Numbered from the stretch's first letter, positions 35,886-46,251 are shown. The stretch is DNA of 64,000 nucleotides from Candidatus Dojkabacteria bacterium (GCA_035444565.1 DAOMOX010000002.1:8013-72012); one strand, 5' to 3'. Notes: generated from the sequence alone by a model not told the origin. A program made the numbers and translations.

Positions 35886-36998
35886 ATGAATCACTTCTCG
35901 TATTTTACCATTGCAAATAGCATTTTTGTTCTATTATTCAATCTGATTAATACGTTTGGTATCGCTTATCTTTATAACAGGAGTGGCGGTTCTTACATTT
36001 TCTCGATTGGAATGCTCATCCTGATAAAGTTTCTGTATATAATAATTTTGCCTTTTGGGACTAAATTCATAGGTAGGATTGGTACAAAATATTCGGTTCT
36101 TATTTCAATGTTCCTTTTATTTACTTCGAACTCGGCGCTTATTTTTCTTGATAAGAGTGATATTTTTCTCTATCTATGGATAATCCTATCAGCATTATCG
36201 TATACGTTCTTCTTCCTTCCAATAGCTTTGTTCACAAGTAAATACACTAAAACTGAAACCAGAGGTGTACAGATGGGAAGAATTTATTCTACAGTATTAT
36301 TCGCAACTGCTTTTGCACCTTTGATATCAGGTGAAGTACTAAGTAAGTATTCAATAAATGGTTTCGTAGTTCTTCTCGCCGGATTAATTCTAATATCGAT
36401 ATTTTTCACACTGAGATTAGGAAACATTCATTTTGATTACAATGGAGGGTTGAAGCAATTTAGATTTAACAGATCACTAATAAGAGGTTCTTGGATTGAA
36501 GCCTGTCATTATTCAACTAGGAATTTAAGTGTATTTTGGACTCTTTATATTTTCATTTTTTATGATGAGAATTATGAAAATTTTGGCCTATTGTTAACAG
36601 CTATAACATTGTTCTCTGCCTTTATTAATATATTTGTAGGTAAATATCTAAACCAGCACAATAGAAAAGACATAATTAAAACTCAAATTATTTTCAGCCC
36701 TTTTAGTTGGATATTCCGAATCTTAGCAATGAATCCAATTGGAATCTTCTTTGCTGATGCATTTCATAGTCTAAACGGTTACATTCGAGAATCAGCTGTG
36801 GAGACCACTGCTTTTGATCTTATAAATAGAGATAAACACAAAGAAATTCTTGACGAAAAAATCGTTGTTCGAGAAATAATCATCAACATTAGCATTATTA
36901 TTACACTGCTAGCCGGAATTCTCCTCGCAACATTATTCGGAATTAAATCAAGTTTTATACTAGGGATTATTATTTCTCTAGGGTATCTATTGATTTAG
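35886..36998 (+). CDS. Polytopic membrane protein, MFS-transporter-like
   Basis: About 12 predicted hydrophobic helices. GTKFIGRIGTKYSVLISM resembles MFS motif A. No other motifs. Confidence 0.4.
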   Translation: MNHFSYFTIANSIFVLLFNLINTFGIAYLYNRSGGSYIFSIGMLILIKFLYIIILPFGTKFIGRIGTKYSVLISMFLLFTSNSALIFLDKSDIFLYLWIILSALSYTFFFLPIALFTSKYTKTETRGVQMGRIYSTVLFATAFAPLISGEVLSKYSINGFVVLLAGLILISIFFTLRLGNIHFDYNGGLKQFRFNRSLIRGSWIEACHYSTRNLSVFWTLYIFIFYDENYENFGLLLTAITLFSAFINIFVGKYLNQHNRKDIIKTQIIFSPFSWIFRILAMNPIGIFFADAFHSLNGYIRESAVETTAFDLINRDKHKEILDEKIVVREIIINISIIITLLAGILLATLFGIKSSFILGIIISLGYLLI

Positions 36999-38351
36999 AC
37001 TTTTCAGTGCTTCTTTCACTACTTCATGCTCGCTCCATGGATACTCAACCTGATCGGCTCCAAATGCAAGACTTTCTTCGTGAGCCTTTCCCGTTAAATA
37101 TACAATATCGCCTTTATCAGCAATTCTTATCGCCAACGAAATCGCATCTTTTCTACTTGTAACATCATCCGCATCGAAAGCAAAGAACGGCGCATAATCC
37201 CCCTTAGCTATTTTAGTTATTTCGGATTTAATATCTTCTAATTTTTCGATTTTATAATTTTCCGAATCTTTAAATCTTTTCGCAAGCTTACCTTTTGATT
37301 GCTCAGCATATTTCAGTATTTCATTGTTAATGTCAAAAAGTTTCTCGTCTCTTGGATCTTCTGCTGTTAAAATAGTTATATCTGAAAGTCTTGCTGATAC
37401 TTCTCCCATCTTTCGCCTTTCTTTGTCCCTCATCCCAGCACAACCGAACACAGTAATTATCTCTTGATCTGTTTTTTTAATCTCTTTTAAACTTTTTAGT
37501 GCGCTTTCGAGAGAATTAGGTGTATGAGCAAAGTCGATGATGACTGTAAAAGGTTCTGTTTGGATTACTTCCATTCGACCCTTTGGGGGGCTAAATGTTT
37601 TAAGATGCTCTGAAATGTTCTCCAAACTAACAAATTCCTTCAACAACAATATTGCTCCAAGAGAATTTTCAAGATTGTATTTTCCAATTATTGGTAATTC
37701 AAATTTTTCTCCAAGAAAATTAAACTTCAATCCTTTCACTGAATACTCAACTTCATCAACCTTACCTTTATCTACCTCTTCAACCTTAATATTTAATTTT
37801 TCTCGTGAAATCTGGTCTTTTAGCCAATTGTATGACTTCTCGTCCTCTTTATTTATAACTAGTGTAGATTTTGGCTTTAATTTCATCACCAACTCAAACT
37901 TTGCTTTTGCATAATTTTCCCAAGTTCCATGATAATCAAGATGATCGCTTTTTATGTTTGTGATAATGCCACCATCGAAGCCAACACCCCAGAGACGGTT
38001 TTGCTGCAGTCCGTTGGACGTGGACTCTAGAACAACATGAGAGACGCCTTCTTCCACCATTTGACGAAGATATTTAGGCACCATCCAAGGATCCGGCGTA
38101 GTTACGTGTAGACCAGTATCTAAATCTTTATCTCCAATTTTCGCCCCTGTAGTTGAGATGTATCCAACATTTAGACCTGAATTCTTCAGAACGTGATACA
38201 ACATCATTGTTGTTGTGGTTTTGCCGTCTGTACCTGTTACGCCTAATACTTTCAAATCTTTCGCGGGAAAGTCGTATTTATAATTTGCGTAAATAGATTG
38301 AAATAGGTGGTAGATGTTTTTAGCTTTTTGAATTGGATGCGTTTGTTGCAT
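36987..38351 (-). CDS. murE: UDP-N-acetylmuramoyl-L-alanyl-D-glutamate--diamino acid ligase MurE (short N-terminal domain)
   Basis: GVTGTDGKTTTT, HVTTPDPW...EGVSHVVLESTSNGLQQNRL (MurE TTPE...EVSSH motif), ITNIKSDHLDYHG, and the C-terminal FGCAGMRDKERR...TAEDPR (MurE GCGGDRD...DNPR). Confidence 0.8.
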   Translation of the reverse strand: MQQTHPIQKAKNIYHLFQSIYANYKYDFPAKDLKVLGVTGTDGKTTTTMMLYHVLKNSGLNVGYISTTGAKIGDKDLDTGLHVTTPDPWMVPKYLRQMVEEGVSHVVLESTSNGLQQNRLWGVGFDGGIITNIKSDHLDYHGTWENYAKAKFELVMKLKPKSTLVINKEDEKSYNWLKDQISREKLNIKVEEVDKGKVDEVEYSVKGLKFNFLGEKFELPIIGKYNLENSLGAILLLKEFVSLENISEHLKTFSPPKGRMEVIQTEPFTVIIDFAHTPNSLESALKSLKEIKKTDQEIITVFGCAGMRDKERRKMGEVSARLSDITILTAEDPRDEKLFDINNEILKYAEQSKGKLAKRFKDSENYKIEKLEDIKSEITKIAKGDYAPFFAFDADDVTSRKDAISLAIRIADKGDIVYLTGKAHEESLAFGADQVEYPWSEHEVVKEALKSLNQ

Positions 38352-38814
38352 TTCGTATACGTTTTTTTTGATTTTTTTGAATAATACTCTCTAGTTTCTT
38401 TCGAGCGCGATGTAATTTTGTTCCTACATTAGTTTCGCTCATATTTAATAAGTCTGCAATTTCTTTATTTGATAACTCTTCAAAAAATTTGTAATAAACC
38501 AAGTATTGTTCTTCCTCTTGTAAATCACGAATAGCGTTATATAACTCAACCTCTTCTTCATCTGCTTCAGCTTCTACATCGACACCAGGTATATTTGATT
38601 CGACGAAATTCACAATATCTTCTAGTGATTTCTCTCCTTTGTGTTTGTCGTTTTTTCGATAGAAGTCGATTATGTGATTTCTGGCGATCTTGAAAATCCA
38701 AGCAGAGACAGTAATACCTTGCCATTGGAAATCAGAAATAGATAATAAAACCTTTTCAAAAATTTCAGATGTAAGATCTTCGGCAGTTGTAACATTTGTA
38801 ACTCTTTTCGTCAC
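38320..38814 (-). CDS. ECF-type RNA polymerase sigma-70 family factor
   Basis: Region 2 WIFKIARNHIIDFYRK. Region 4 SNKEIADLLNMSETNVGTKLHRARKKL. 164 aa. It overlaps the murE start and sits inside the cell-wall gene cluster. Confidence 0.8.
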   Translation of the reverse strand: MTKRVTNVTTAEDLTSEIFEKVLLSISDFQWQGITVSAWIFKIARNHIIDFYRKNDKHKGEKSLEDIVNFVESNIPGVDVEAEADEEEVELYNAIRDLQEEEQYLVYYKFFEELSNKEIADLLNMSETNVGTKLHRARKKLESIIQKNQKKRIRNATNASNSKS

Positions 38815-38962
38815 AAATGCTAAAACTTTCGAATAATGTGTTTCGTAAATTTTTTCGAAATCCTTTTTACTCAGCTCTTTTTTGGCAAAGAATTTCTTTT
38901 GTCTTTTAATCGATATTAGCTTTTTAATAGGTTTTTTCTAACAAACGATAATAGGAGAATTA

Positions 38963-39766
38963 TTATACATTAATGGCAGAATTTGAGAGATTTGTTTTGA
39001 TTCGGTTTATCATTGATTTAGGAAAGCTGTATTTAAGAAACGAATAAGCTATTGACTTCAAAGCAAATTGTTCGAGTACTGCTACCGAGAATAATGCACC
39101 CGAGATGTTCTCTGAAATTGAAATCCACATCTTTCTGGGTAGAATAACTTTTTCTTTTTTATACTCAATCTTTAATTTTCCATCGGATAATGATTTAACC
39201 TTCAAATCAGCATTCTTCTGACCATAACTAAAGAAATATTCATCTTCTAGATCGATTTTCGACCGTATTTTTTCAATTAACTTTTCTTTAATGATTATTT
39301 TTCCTTCAGTAGAGTTAATTTGTGTTAATAATCTATTCGTCAGAAGTGAGTTTTCATCATAGTTCAACACTACCAGATAATGAGGGTGTACAAACTTTGA
39401 CCAATAATCTACTGTTGCTTTTTTACTAGTATCAGCATTGATTATCAATCCTTGTGGATTTGACTTGTTTCTAATTAATGCTATTAAGGCTGAAAATAGG
39501 AGGTTAATCCATTCCACACTTGATCTTTGCTTATCTTCATATCCTAAAACGTTTAAGGGGATGGATAAATCCCACCAAATATCTGCGACATTTCTTCTCA
39601 CATTCATCTTTTCTCTTAAAACTGTGTAAAGGATTTCTTTCACAATGTCAGATCCACCGATACCTAGAATGACAATCAGTTTTATTTTATGTTTTCTAAT
39701 CGCCCAACTAGACAATATAGATAAACTCCATTTTAATAATTGTCGAAACATAGAATTCCCTTTCAT
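38963..39766 (-). CDS. Hypothetical protein between murA and the ECF sigma factor
   Basis: Intact 267-aa ORF. The N-terminus KIKLIVILGIGGSDIVKE is Rossmann-like. No confident family assignment. Confidence 0.3.
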   Translation of the reverse strand: MKGNSMFRQLLKWSLSILSSWAIRKHKIKLIVILGIGGSDIVKEILYTVLREKMNVRRNVADIWWDLSIPLNVLGYEDKQRSSVEWINLLFSALIALIRNKSNPQGLIINADTSKKATVDYWSKFVHPHYLVVLNYDENSLLTNRLLTQINSTEGKIIIKEKLIEKIRSKIDLEDEYFFSYGQKNADLKVKSLSDGKLKIEYKKEKVILPRKMWISISENISGALFSVAVLEQFALKSIAYSFLKYSFPKSMINRIKTNLSNSAINV

Positions 39767-41053
39767 TTATAAAGCTCTCTCAATTTTAGCACCTAATGAA
39801 GAATAAACCCCAACTAAATCAGGATAACGTCGTAATAGTGAATCACTTCTATCCTCTAAAACTGTCTCACCTTCTGCGCTTAATGATGCAAGAAATAATG
39901 CCATTGTAGCTTGGATAATATTCGGTGCGAATATTTTTGCAGATTTGAAATTAGTTGGTCCAAATGTAAGGACTCTGTTTGGATCTGCCATAACTACTTT
40001 TGCTTTTAATTTCACAAGTTCTTCTATCCAGAACATACCGTATTCTTGGAAACTGTTATGCATAATCATGCTTCCTTTCGCTTTAAGAGCCATCACAATC
40101 ATAATCTGCATAAAATCAATTGGGAGTCCAGGCCAAGGCATTGCAAAAATCTCATAAATGTCACCTCTCACAGTTGTCTCGCATACTAATTTTTGGGTTT
40201 TTCCAACAAATAAGTCGTTTCCTTTTGTATCAACTTGCACCCCAACTTTCTGAAATGCCTGAATCATGTACTGCATGTGTTCTGGAATCGCATCTTTTAT
40301 GGTAATTTCTCCACCTGTGAGGGCTGCTGCTGCAATATATGCACCAATATCTAGATGGTCTGGAATTACTGTCCATTCTGTGCCTTTTAATTTGTCTACA
40401 CCTTCAATAATCAATCTATTTGAACCAATTCCTTCGATTTTTGCGCCCATAGCTACTAACATATTACACAAATCCTGAGTATGTGGTTCTGCAGCAGCGT
40501 TATAGATTTCTGTTACACCTGGAGTCAGAACTGCTAACATCACAAGATTTTCTGTACCTGTCACACTAGGGAACCAAGACCAGATTTTCTTGCCTTTCAA
40601 GTTCTCAGCCTCTATGTAATAACCTTTCTCTCTTTTATATTTCGCTCCCAGCATTACCATATTGTCCATAAATGCATCCAGTGGTCTTGTTCCAAGTTTA
40701 CATCCACCAGGGATAGGCATATGGGCTTTACCAAATCTAAGCAGAAGAGGTGCCATGAACATAACAGAGGCCTTAGCTTTCTGCGAAATATCTGGGTCCA
40801 TCTCGAAGGTATTTACTCCTGAAGCAACAATTTTGATAGATTTTCGATCATTCATAAATGTAACTTTACCTCCAAGTTGCCTCACGAGTTTTAACATCAA
40901 TCGCACATCTGTGCTATTTGGGATATTGTGAATGGTCACTGGTTCGTCTGTTAGTAGAGCAGCAGGTATTAGCTTCAGTATGGAGTTTTTGTTAGGAATT
41001 GGAGTAACTGCTCCATTTAGTGGAGTACCCCCTTTGATTTTATAATACGACAT
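39767..41053 (-). CDS. murA: UDP-N-acetylglucosamine 1-carboxyvinyltransferase MurA
   Basis: YKIKGGTPLNGAVTPIPNKNSILKLIPAALLTDEPVTIHNIPNSTDVRLMLKLVRQLGGKV is collinear with the MurA N-terminus. The catalytic loop Cys (PIPGGCKLGTRP) is present. 428 aa. Confidence 0.9.
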   Translation of the reverse strand: MSYYKIKGGTPLNGAVTPIPNKNSILKLIPAALLTDEPVTIHNIPNSTDVRLMLKLVRQLGGKVTFMNDRKSIKIVASGVNTFEMDPDISQKAKASVMFMAPLLLRFGKAHMPIPGGCKLGTRPLDAFMDNMVMLGAKYKREKGYYIEAENLKGKKIWSWFPSVTGTENLVMLAVLTPGVTEIYNAAAEPHTQDLCNMLVAMGAKIEGIGSNRLIIEGVDKLKGTEWTVIPDHLDIGAYIAAAALTGGEITIKDAIPEHMQYMIQAFQKVGVQVDTKGNDLFVGKTQKLVCETTVRGDIYEIFAMPWPGLPIDFMQIMIVMALKAKGSMIMHNSFQEYGMFWIEELVKLKAKVVMADPNRVLTFGPTNFKSAKIFAPNIIQATMALFLASLSAEGETVLEDRSDSLLRRYPDLVGVYSSLGAKIERAL

Positions 41054-41107
41054 TTCTTAAAGTGATAAAGTAAGTAAGAAAATAACGAGTGTTATCTTAA
41101 TATATTA

Positions 41108-42919
41108 CTAATTGTTGGAATCTTTGGGAATAGCCAAATAGTCTTTGATGGCGATAAATGTATCTAGCCATAACATTCTAGCATTATAGAAGGACAAATC
41201 TCCAACTTGAGGTTCTTCAATCTTTATCAACATGATAAATTTCTTTGAGGGCGAATTATCAAATCCAACATAAGTGGCATTTATCTCTGAAGAATATCCT
41301 GGTTTATCTCTGTAAGGAACTAATGCTGTTCCTGATTTCATGCCAATGTTATATTCACTTAAATCCTGATAGCGAGTTTCCGACAAACTTTTCTTGTAAA
41401 CAGCTCGCATGAGTTGTGCTGTAGTATTTGCAACTTTTTCATCTACAACTTGCATCAATTCTTTAGATTCAAACGTTTTAGATGTTCCATCAGTATTTAA
41501 AACCCTATCGACAACATAAGGTTGCATTCTTTTCCCTTCGTTTGCAATTACACTTATCCCTGCAATCGCTTGGAGAGGAGTCATTTGGTATCCATGCCCA
41601 TAACTGTAAACAGCGTTATCTGCATATTCCCATTTATCAGCATCAGGTAATACTCCTGTCGACTCCCCTGTGAGATCGACACCACTAATTTTACCTACTC
41701 CAAATCTCTCTAAATAATCATGGAATTCTTCACTCGACAATTTGCCTCCGATGTTTCTAAATGCCACATTATCAGATGTCACCATAGCATCTATTACATT
41801 AATTGGTTGGTTTACAGGCTTTTTATCGTAAGTACATATGCATTGTATTCGAGAATCATTACAATTTGCGTTTGGACTTGCATTTGGAGTAATAACTTCA
41901 CACCCACGATGTCCGTTTGGAAGGATAACTTCATCAAACTCTATCTTTTTCAAATCTAAAGCTGCAGCTACAGTGAAAACTTTTGCTACGGAACCGATTT
42001 CGTAAGGAGTCGTTATTGCTTTATTTCCGAATATATTCCCATCTTCTTCGTCATAGTATGTATTTGGATTAAAGTTTGGAAAATTCGTCATAGCCATTAT
42101 AGCGCCTGTCTTAGGATCCATAATGATTCCTGTAATTGACTTCGGTTGGTAATCCGTATATCCATCTTGAATTTTCTTTTCAAGTATGGCTTGAAGTTGC
42201 TTATCAATTGTAGTTACGAGTGTCATTCCTGGTTTTGCCTCAGTTTCATTTGTGTTGTCACCGAGAAATATTGAATTTCCAAAGCTATCTACCTCGCTAT
42301 TACTAACTCCTTCAATCGGTCTTAAACTTCTATCCCAAAACTGTTCTATTCCTCCTACTCCAACCGGCTCACCAAAATCATTGTAACCATAAAAACCAAG
42401 TACATGGCTTGCTAAACTACCTTCGGGATAACTACGAGAATTCACATATTCAAACCTTAGTCCTTCTAATTCATCTCCGCTTTTATCACTTTTCAGTGCA
42501 AGTAATTGATCTCTTTGGTCCACAATGATTCGATCACCAAGCTTTATCCATAATTGTTCACTATCGAGTTTTTCGGTAAGCTCTTCTTCAGTTAGTTGTA
42601 AAACTTCCGAGACTTTCCTGATAAATTCTTCTCTAGACTGTTTTCCTTTGTTTTCCGCATCTTCTAGTTCCGATTTCCAAACATAAAAATCAAAACGAGG
42701 TTCACTAAAAGTAAGCGTTGTCTCATCCTTAGCAAGAATACTTCCACGAACAGCAGGAATTTTTATTTCTCTATATCTCTCATTTGCCAATGCAATAAAC
42801 TCATCTTTATCTACAAATTGCCATTTTGCCAACGAAAAAAGAATAGCTACAAATACTAGTAGAAAACCGACAAAAATAAAACTTAATTTGTAAGAATGGA
42901 ACTTTGATGTTGCTTTCAT
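41108..42919 (-). CDS. ftsI: Penicillin-binding protein 2 / FtsI-type peptidoglycan D,D-transpeptidase
   Basis: N-terminal TM anchor, dimerisation domain, and transpeptidase motifs SVAKV (SxxK), SDN (VTSDNVAF), KSGT (MKSGTAL). Confidence 0.85.
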   Translation of the reverse strand: MKATSKFHSYKLSFIFVGFLLVFVAILFSLAKWQFVDKDEFIALANERYREIKIPAVRGSILAKDETTLTFSEPRFDFYVWKSELEDAENKGKQSREEFIRKVSEVLQLTEEELTEKLDSEQLWIKLGDRIIVDQRDQLLALKSDKSGDELEGLRFEYVNSRSYPEGSLASHVLGFYGYNDFGEPVGVGGIEQFWDRSLRPIEGVSNSEVDSFGNSIFLGDNTNETEAKPGMTLVTTIDKQLQAILEKKIQDGYTDYQPKSITGIIMDPKTGAIMAMTNFPNFNPNTYYDEEDGNIFGNKAITTPYEIGSVAKVFTVAAALDLKKIEFDEVILPNGHRGCEVITPNASPNANCNDSRIQCICTYDKKPVNQPINVIDAMVTSDNVAFRNIGGKLSSEEFHDYLERFGVGKISGVDLTGESTGVLPDADKWEYADNAVYSYGHGYQMTPLQAIAGISVIANEGKRMQPYVVDRVLNTDGTSKTFESKELMQVVDEKVANTTAQLMRAVYKKSLSETRYQDLSEYNIGMKSGTALVPYRDKPGYSSEINATYVGFDNSPSKKFIMLIKIEEPQVGDLSFYNARMLWLDTFIAIKDYLAIPKDSNN

Positions 42920-43233
42920 AGATTGCTATTGTCAGCAATTTTTGTACTTCCGTCAATCATTACGACTTCAGATTCTTTCATATCCAGGTTTTCTATACTT
43001 GTAAGGATTTCTTTCCTAGACTGAAGTTTTAATATTTCAGCTTGTTTAATTTCATTTTCAATTCGCAATCTATTTTGTTCTTCTCTAACTTGTGTAACCC
43101 TCTCACCTTGAGCTCCGACAGTTGTGAGTACGAATAATTGCAATCCAAAAAATACTAAAATCAAAGCCACTGATGTATAAAGAAGAATCTTACTATTGCT
43201 AAGTCTTTCTCTTTTTATGATGATATCTTTCAT
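42916..43233 (-). CDS. ftsL: FtsL-like small bitopic cell-division protein
   Basis: 105 aa with one TM helix and then a coiled-coil/leucine-zipper-like segment (EEQNRLRIENEIKQAEILKLQSRKEIL). Positioned between rsmH and ftsI as in dcw clusters, with an overlapping stop/start. Confidence 0.5.
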   Translation of the reverse strand: MKDIIIKRERLSNSKILLYTSVALILVFFGLQLFVLTTVGAQGERVTQVREEQNRLRIENEIKQAEILKLQSRKEILTSIENLDMKESEVVMIDGSTKIADNSNL

Positions 43234-43255
43234 ATTTCTAAAATAATATGTAAAT

Positions 43256-44170
43256 TTATATTTTCCTCATCACTCGAAGCCTTGCACTTGAACTTCTTGG
43301 ATTTGTATTAATTTCTTGCTGAGAGGGTTTAATCAACTTCTCAACAACTTCTGCTTGCCCCTTTTCCTCCATATCTCTAATGAAATTTTTCACAATCCTG
43401 TCTTCACCGGAATGAAAACTGATTACTGATAAAATTCCCTCCTGAGCAAGTGCTTCAAACGCTAGGGGCAGAAAAGTCTTCAATGCTCCAATTTCGTCAT
43501 TGACAGCGATTCTTAGCGCTTGAAACACCTTTGCTTCAGGATTCTTGTATGTGCCCTTACGTTTGTATAAGGGTACAACTTCTTGAATTAAGTGTTTTAA
43601 CTGTGTAGTTGTTTTAAAAGGTCGTGTTTTTCTGTACTCAATGATTTTTCTTGCTAATTCTTTCTCGAATTTGATGTCAGCCAAATTTTTAAACATATTT
43701 TCCAATTCAGTCTTGTAAAGTGCGTTTAACAAATCACTCGCCTTCACTCCAAGTTGATCATCCAATCTCATATCTAATTCTGTGTTTTTCAAATAGCTTA
43801 TTCCTTCAACTTGATAAATTTGATCTGTTGAAAGTCCTAAATCTGCAATAATTCCATTAAATTCCTTAATTTCTAAATTTTTTAATATCTCATCCAGGTT
43901 TCTGAAGTTCTCATTAACCAAAATGACTTGAACTTTTCCTTTGCTTAAGTCAGTACCTGATTCTTTATATCCTTCTTCAATTAGCCTTTGTTTGAAATTT
44001 TCAAGAGCTGTTTTATCAACATCCATCACCACAAGATTTCCTTTTCCATTTAGTCTTTCAAGTATCAACATTGAATGACCACCTCCTCCTAAAGTTACAT
44101 CGAGATAAGTTCCACCTTCTTTAACATCTATCGAATCAATTGTTTCTTTTAGTAGTACCGGTTTATGCAT
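43256..44170 (-). CDS. rsmH: 16S rRNA (cytosine1402-N4)-methyltransferase RsmH (MraW)
   Basis: HKPVLLKETIDSIDVKEGGTYLDVTLGGGGHS, ISFHSGEDRIVK. Confidence 0.9.
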   Translation of the reverse strand: MHKPVLLKETIDSIDVKEGGTYLDVTLGGGGHSMLILERLNGKGNLVVMDVDKTALENFKQRLIEEGYKESGTDLSKGKVQVILVNENFRNLDEILKNLEIKEFNGIIADLGLSTDQIYQVEGISYLKNTELDMRLDDQLGVKASDLLNALYKTELENMFKNLADIKFEKELARKIIEYRKTRPFKTTTQLKHLIQEVVPLYKRKGTYKNPEAKVFQALRIAVNDEIGALKTFLPLAFEALAQEGILSVISFHSGEDRIVKNFIRDMEEKGQAEVVEKLIKPSQQEINTNPRSSSARLRVMRKI

Positions 44171-44603
44171 TGCCTTTATTTAGTTTCATTAATTTCTCTG
44201 CAATATCGTCTGCAGATTTTGTAATTTTTCCAAGTCTTTGTTGCCATTTATCCAAATCCCAAATCTCAACCCAATCTTTCATTCCTAGAAATATTACATC
44301 TGTTTCAATCTGAGCAAATTCTCTTAAGCTTTGTGGTACAACCAATCTTCCTTGCTTATCCAAATCAACCTCAAATGCTCCTGCGATGATAAACCTGAAA
44401 GTGTCTCTTACTGATAGATTCAATATGGGTTCTTTTCCGATTACTCCCAATAATTGATCCCATCTAGCTTTATCGAGTAGTAATACACATCCTTCGTAAC
44501 CTCTGGCAAGTATTAAATTGTTTTCGAGCTCTATTCTTAATTTACTAGGTACTGCAATTCTATTTTTGTCTGTAAGCTTTGTTTCGTAACTTCCTAAAAG
44601 CAT
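44163..44603 (-). CDS. mraZ: Transcriptional regulator MraZ
   Basis: Duplicated SpoVT/AbrB-like halves. LLGSYETKLTDKNRIAVPSKLR and the second DKQGRLVVPQSLR motif. Confidence 0.85.
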   Translation of the reverse strand: MLLGSYETKLTDKNRIAVPSKLRIELENNLILARGYEGCVLLLDKARWDQLLGVIGKEPILNLSVRDTFRFIIAGAFEVDLDKQGRLVVPQSLREFAQIETDVIFLGMKDWVEIWDLDKWQQRLGKITKSADDIAEKLMKLNKGNA

Positions 44604-44908
44604 GGTGGTGAAAGTGAATTATGAGGAATACTTGTTCTTGATTTGATTCAAGAATAAATATTTAGTGAGCAGTTTATCCCGCCCATTCCCTGGAAAGGGC
44701 GGGATGAAGTAAAAATATTTAATAGTACAAACTTATTAAACTCATCTTGTGCAAGAAGAAGAGTTCACCACTTTTCACCACCTTTCCCCAATAGTTTATA
44801 TAATCCTGAATACTTTTTCAAGGGTTTAGGAATGGAAAATTGAGAAAATGTTTTCACACACAAATGATATATAGTTGTGATATAATATAACATATTTATA
44901 TTTATCAA

Positions 44909-45445
44909 ATGGGAGCTAAAGATAGACTAGGGTTAAATCTTGCAGAAGGTACTCAACTAGACCATAATACACCAGGCAAATCTCTTGCTAGGTGGGCAAT
45001 TGGTCATGTAGCCATTCCTGCTCTTCCAATCGTATCGTTAATGATTAAAGACATGGCGGTTCCAATGGAAACAGTTACGGGACTTGAAGGCTTTGCACGG
45101 AATGCGGGTACTATTGCTCTCATATCAATTGCTGGTGATGTTTTAGGCAGACGAGGAGCACTTCCCTTAGGAGTCGCAATAGCTGCTACAGCTGGTGCTG
45201 TAGGAATTTCTGGAGAATTCGACATATCTTCATTATTTCGACAAGATTCGTTCCCATTGTCAGTGAATGATGGATTAAATGAAGCACTAATTCTATCCAC
45301 CTATTTTTTAACAGGTATAAATTCGTACATAGCAAAAAATCGTGGAGATGTTATGGTTACATATACAATCGCGAAAATCCTTAAAGGTGCGGTAGACTTA
45401 ACAGCACGTATGCTTAATTCTTCATCTAACAGAAATGATAATTAA
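44909..45445 (+). CDS. Gly/Ala-rich small membrane protein (178 aa), first of a tandem set in a GC-elevated islet
   Basis: Hydrophobic Gly/Ala-rich segments (GTIALISIAGDVLG, LGVAIAATAGAVGISG) in an intact ORF with locally elevated GC. Confidence 0.35.
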   Translation: MGAKDRLGLNLAEGTQLDHNTPGKSLARWAIGHVAIPALPIVSLMIKDMAVPMETVTGLEGFARNAGTIALISIAGDVLGRRGALPLGVAIAATAGAVGISGEFDISSLFRQDSFPLSVNDGLNEALILSTYFLTGINSYIAKNRGDVMVTYTIAKILKGAVDLTARMLNSSSNRNDN

Positions 45446-45767
45446 CACTTTAGAATCAGGAGGTATGTATCTTGCAGGTGTATTAGCAGGGTCAGCTGTA
45501 GTAAACTTAATGGACATCAATTTTGAGCCTAAAACTATTGCTTATGGAGCAATAGGTTCAGCTCTAACATGGGGACTTGGATTCATTTTGAACAAATGGA
45601 AGTGTACACCTCTCGAAGATGATACAGCACTGATGGAACTTGCAAATGAAGCTGTACAGAGAGCAATAAATCCACGAAACCTACCTAGAGCTCTATACAC
45701 AGCTGCTGGAATGCTCGCATCTCCAGCATGGATAGCCCTAGTTCAAGCTGGTAGAAACGTGATCTAA
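45435..45767 (+). CDS. Gly-rich small membrane protein (110 aa), paralog of the 45864-46178 ORF
   Basis: Shares the motif AYGAIGSALTWGLGFI with AYGLMGSLPAWLFGKVI of the next ORF. GxxxG-type helices. Confidence 0.35.
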   Translation: MIINTLESGGMYLAGVLAGSAVVNLMDINFEPKTIAYGAIGSALTWGLGFILNKWKCTPLEDDTALMELANEAVQRAINPRNLPRALYTAAGMLASPAWIALVQAGRNVI

Positions 45768-45863
45768 TAAAGATGTTATACGTGAAATTATTAGTAATTA
45801 TAATGCAATCTTTTGCATTTAAATTAGTAAAGATAGTAAAATCTCCCAGTTATAAAAAATATA

Positions 45864-46178
45864 ATGCCAGGAGAATTTCTTACTGGAGCAGCTTACGGAC
45901 TCATGGGTAGTTTACCAGCGTGGTTATTTGGCAAAGTAATCCCGAGTGTAGAAACCGATGTCGTTTTCTCTGATAACGCTATCAAAGGTTTACCATTTTT
46001 AATTGTTGGTGGATGGATTGTTGGGAATTTAGCAAATCTCATGTTTAATGCTGGAAAGCCTGATGTAACACCAGTTCTAGATGTACAATTTCAAGGTGGT
46101 ATGATTTTGGGTTCCGCTTTAGGTTCTTTTGCTATTAGAACTTACGAAAGATATAAAAATCGACGGTTCCTAAAATGA
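45864..46178 (+). CDS. Gly-rich small membrane protein (104 aa), paralog of the 45435-45767 ORF
   Basis: TGAAYGLMGSLPAWLFGKVI and LIVGGWIVGNLANLMFNAG hydrophobic Gly-rich helices. Confidence 0.35.
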   Translation: MPGEFLTGAAYGLMGSLPAWLFGKVIPSVETDVVFSDNAIKGLPFLIVGGWIVGNLANLMFNAGKPDVTPVLDVQFQGGMILGSALGSFAIRTYERYKNRRFLK

Positions 46179-46251
46179 TTTTTAAACGCAAATCTTGATA
46201 ATACTTTTAGAATTCTCATATTATGCCCCATGTCTTAAAACCAAACATAAT

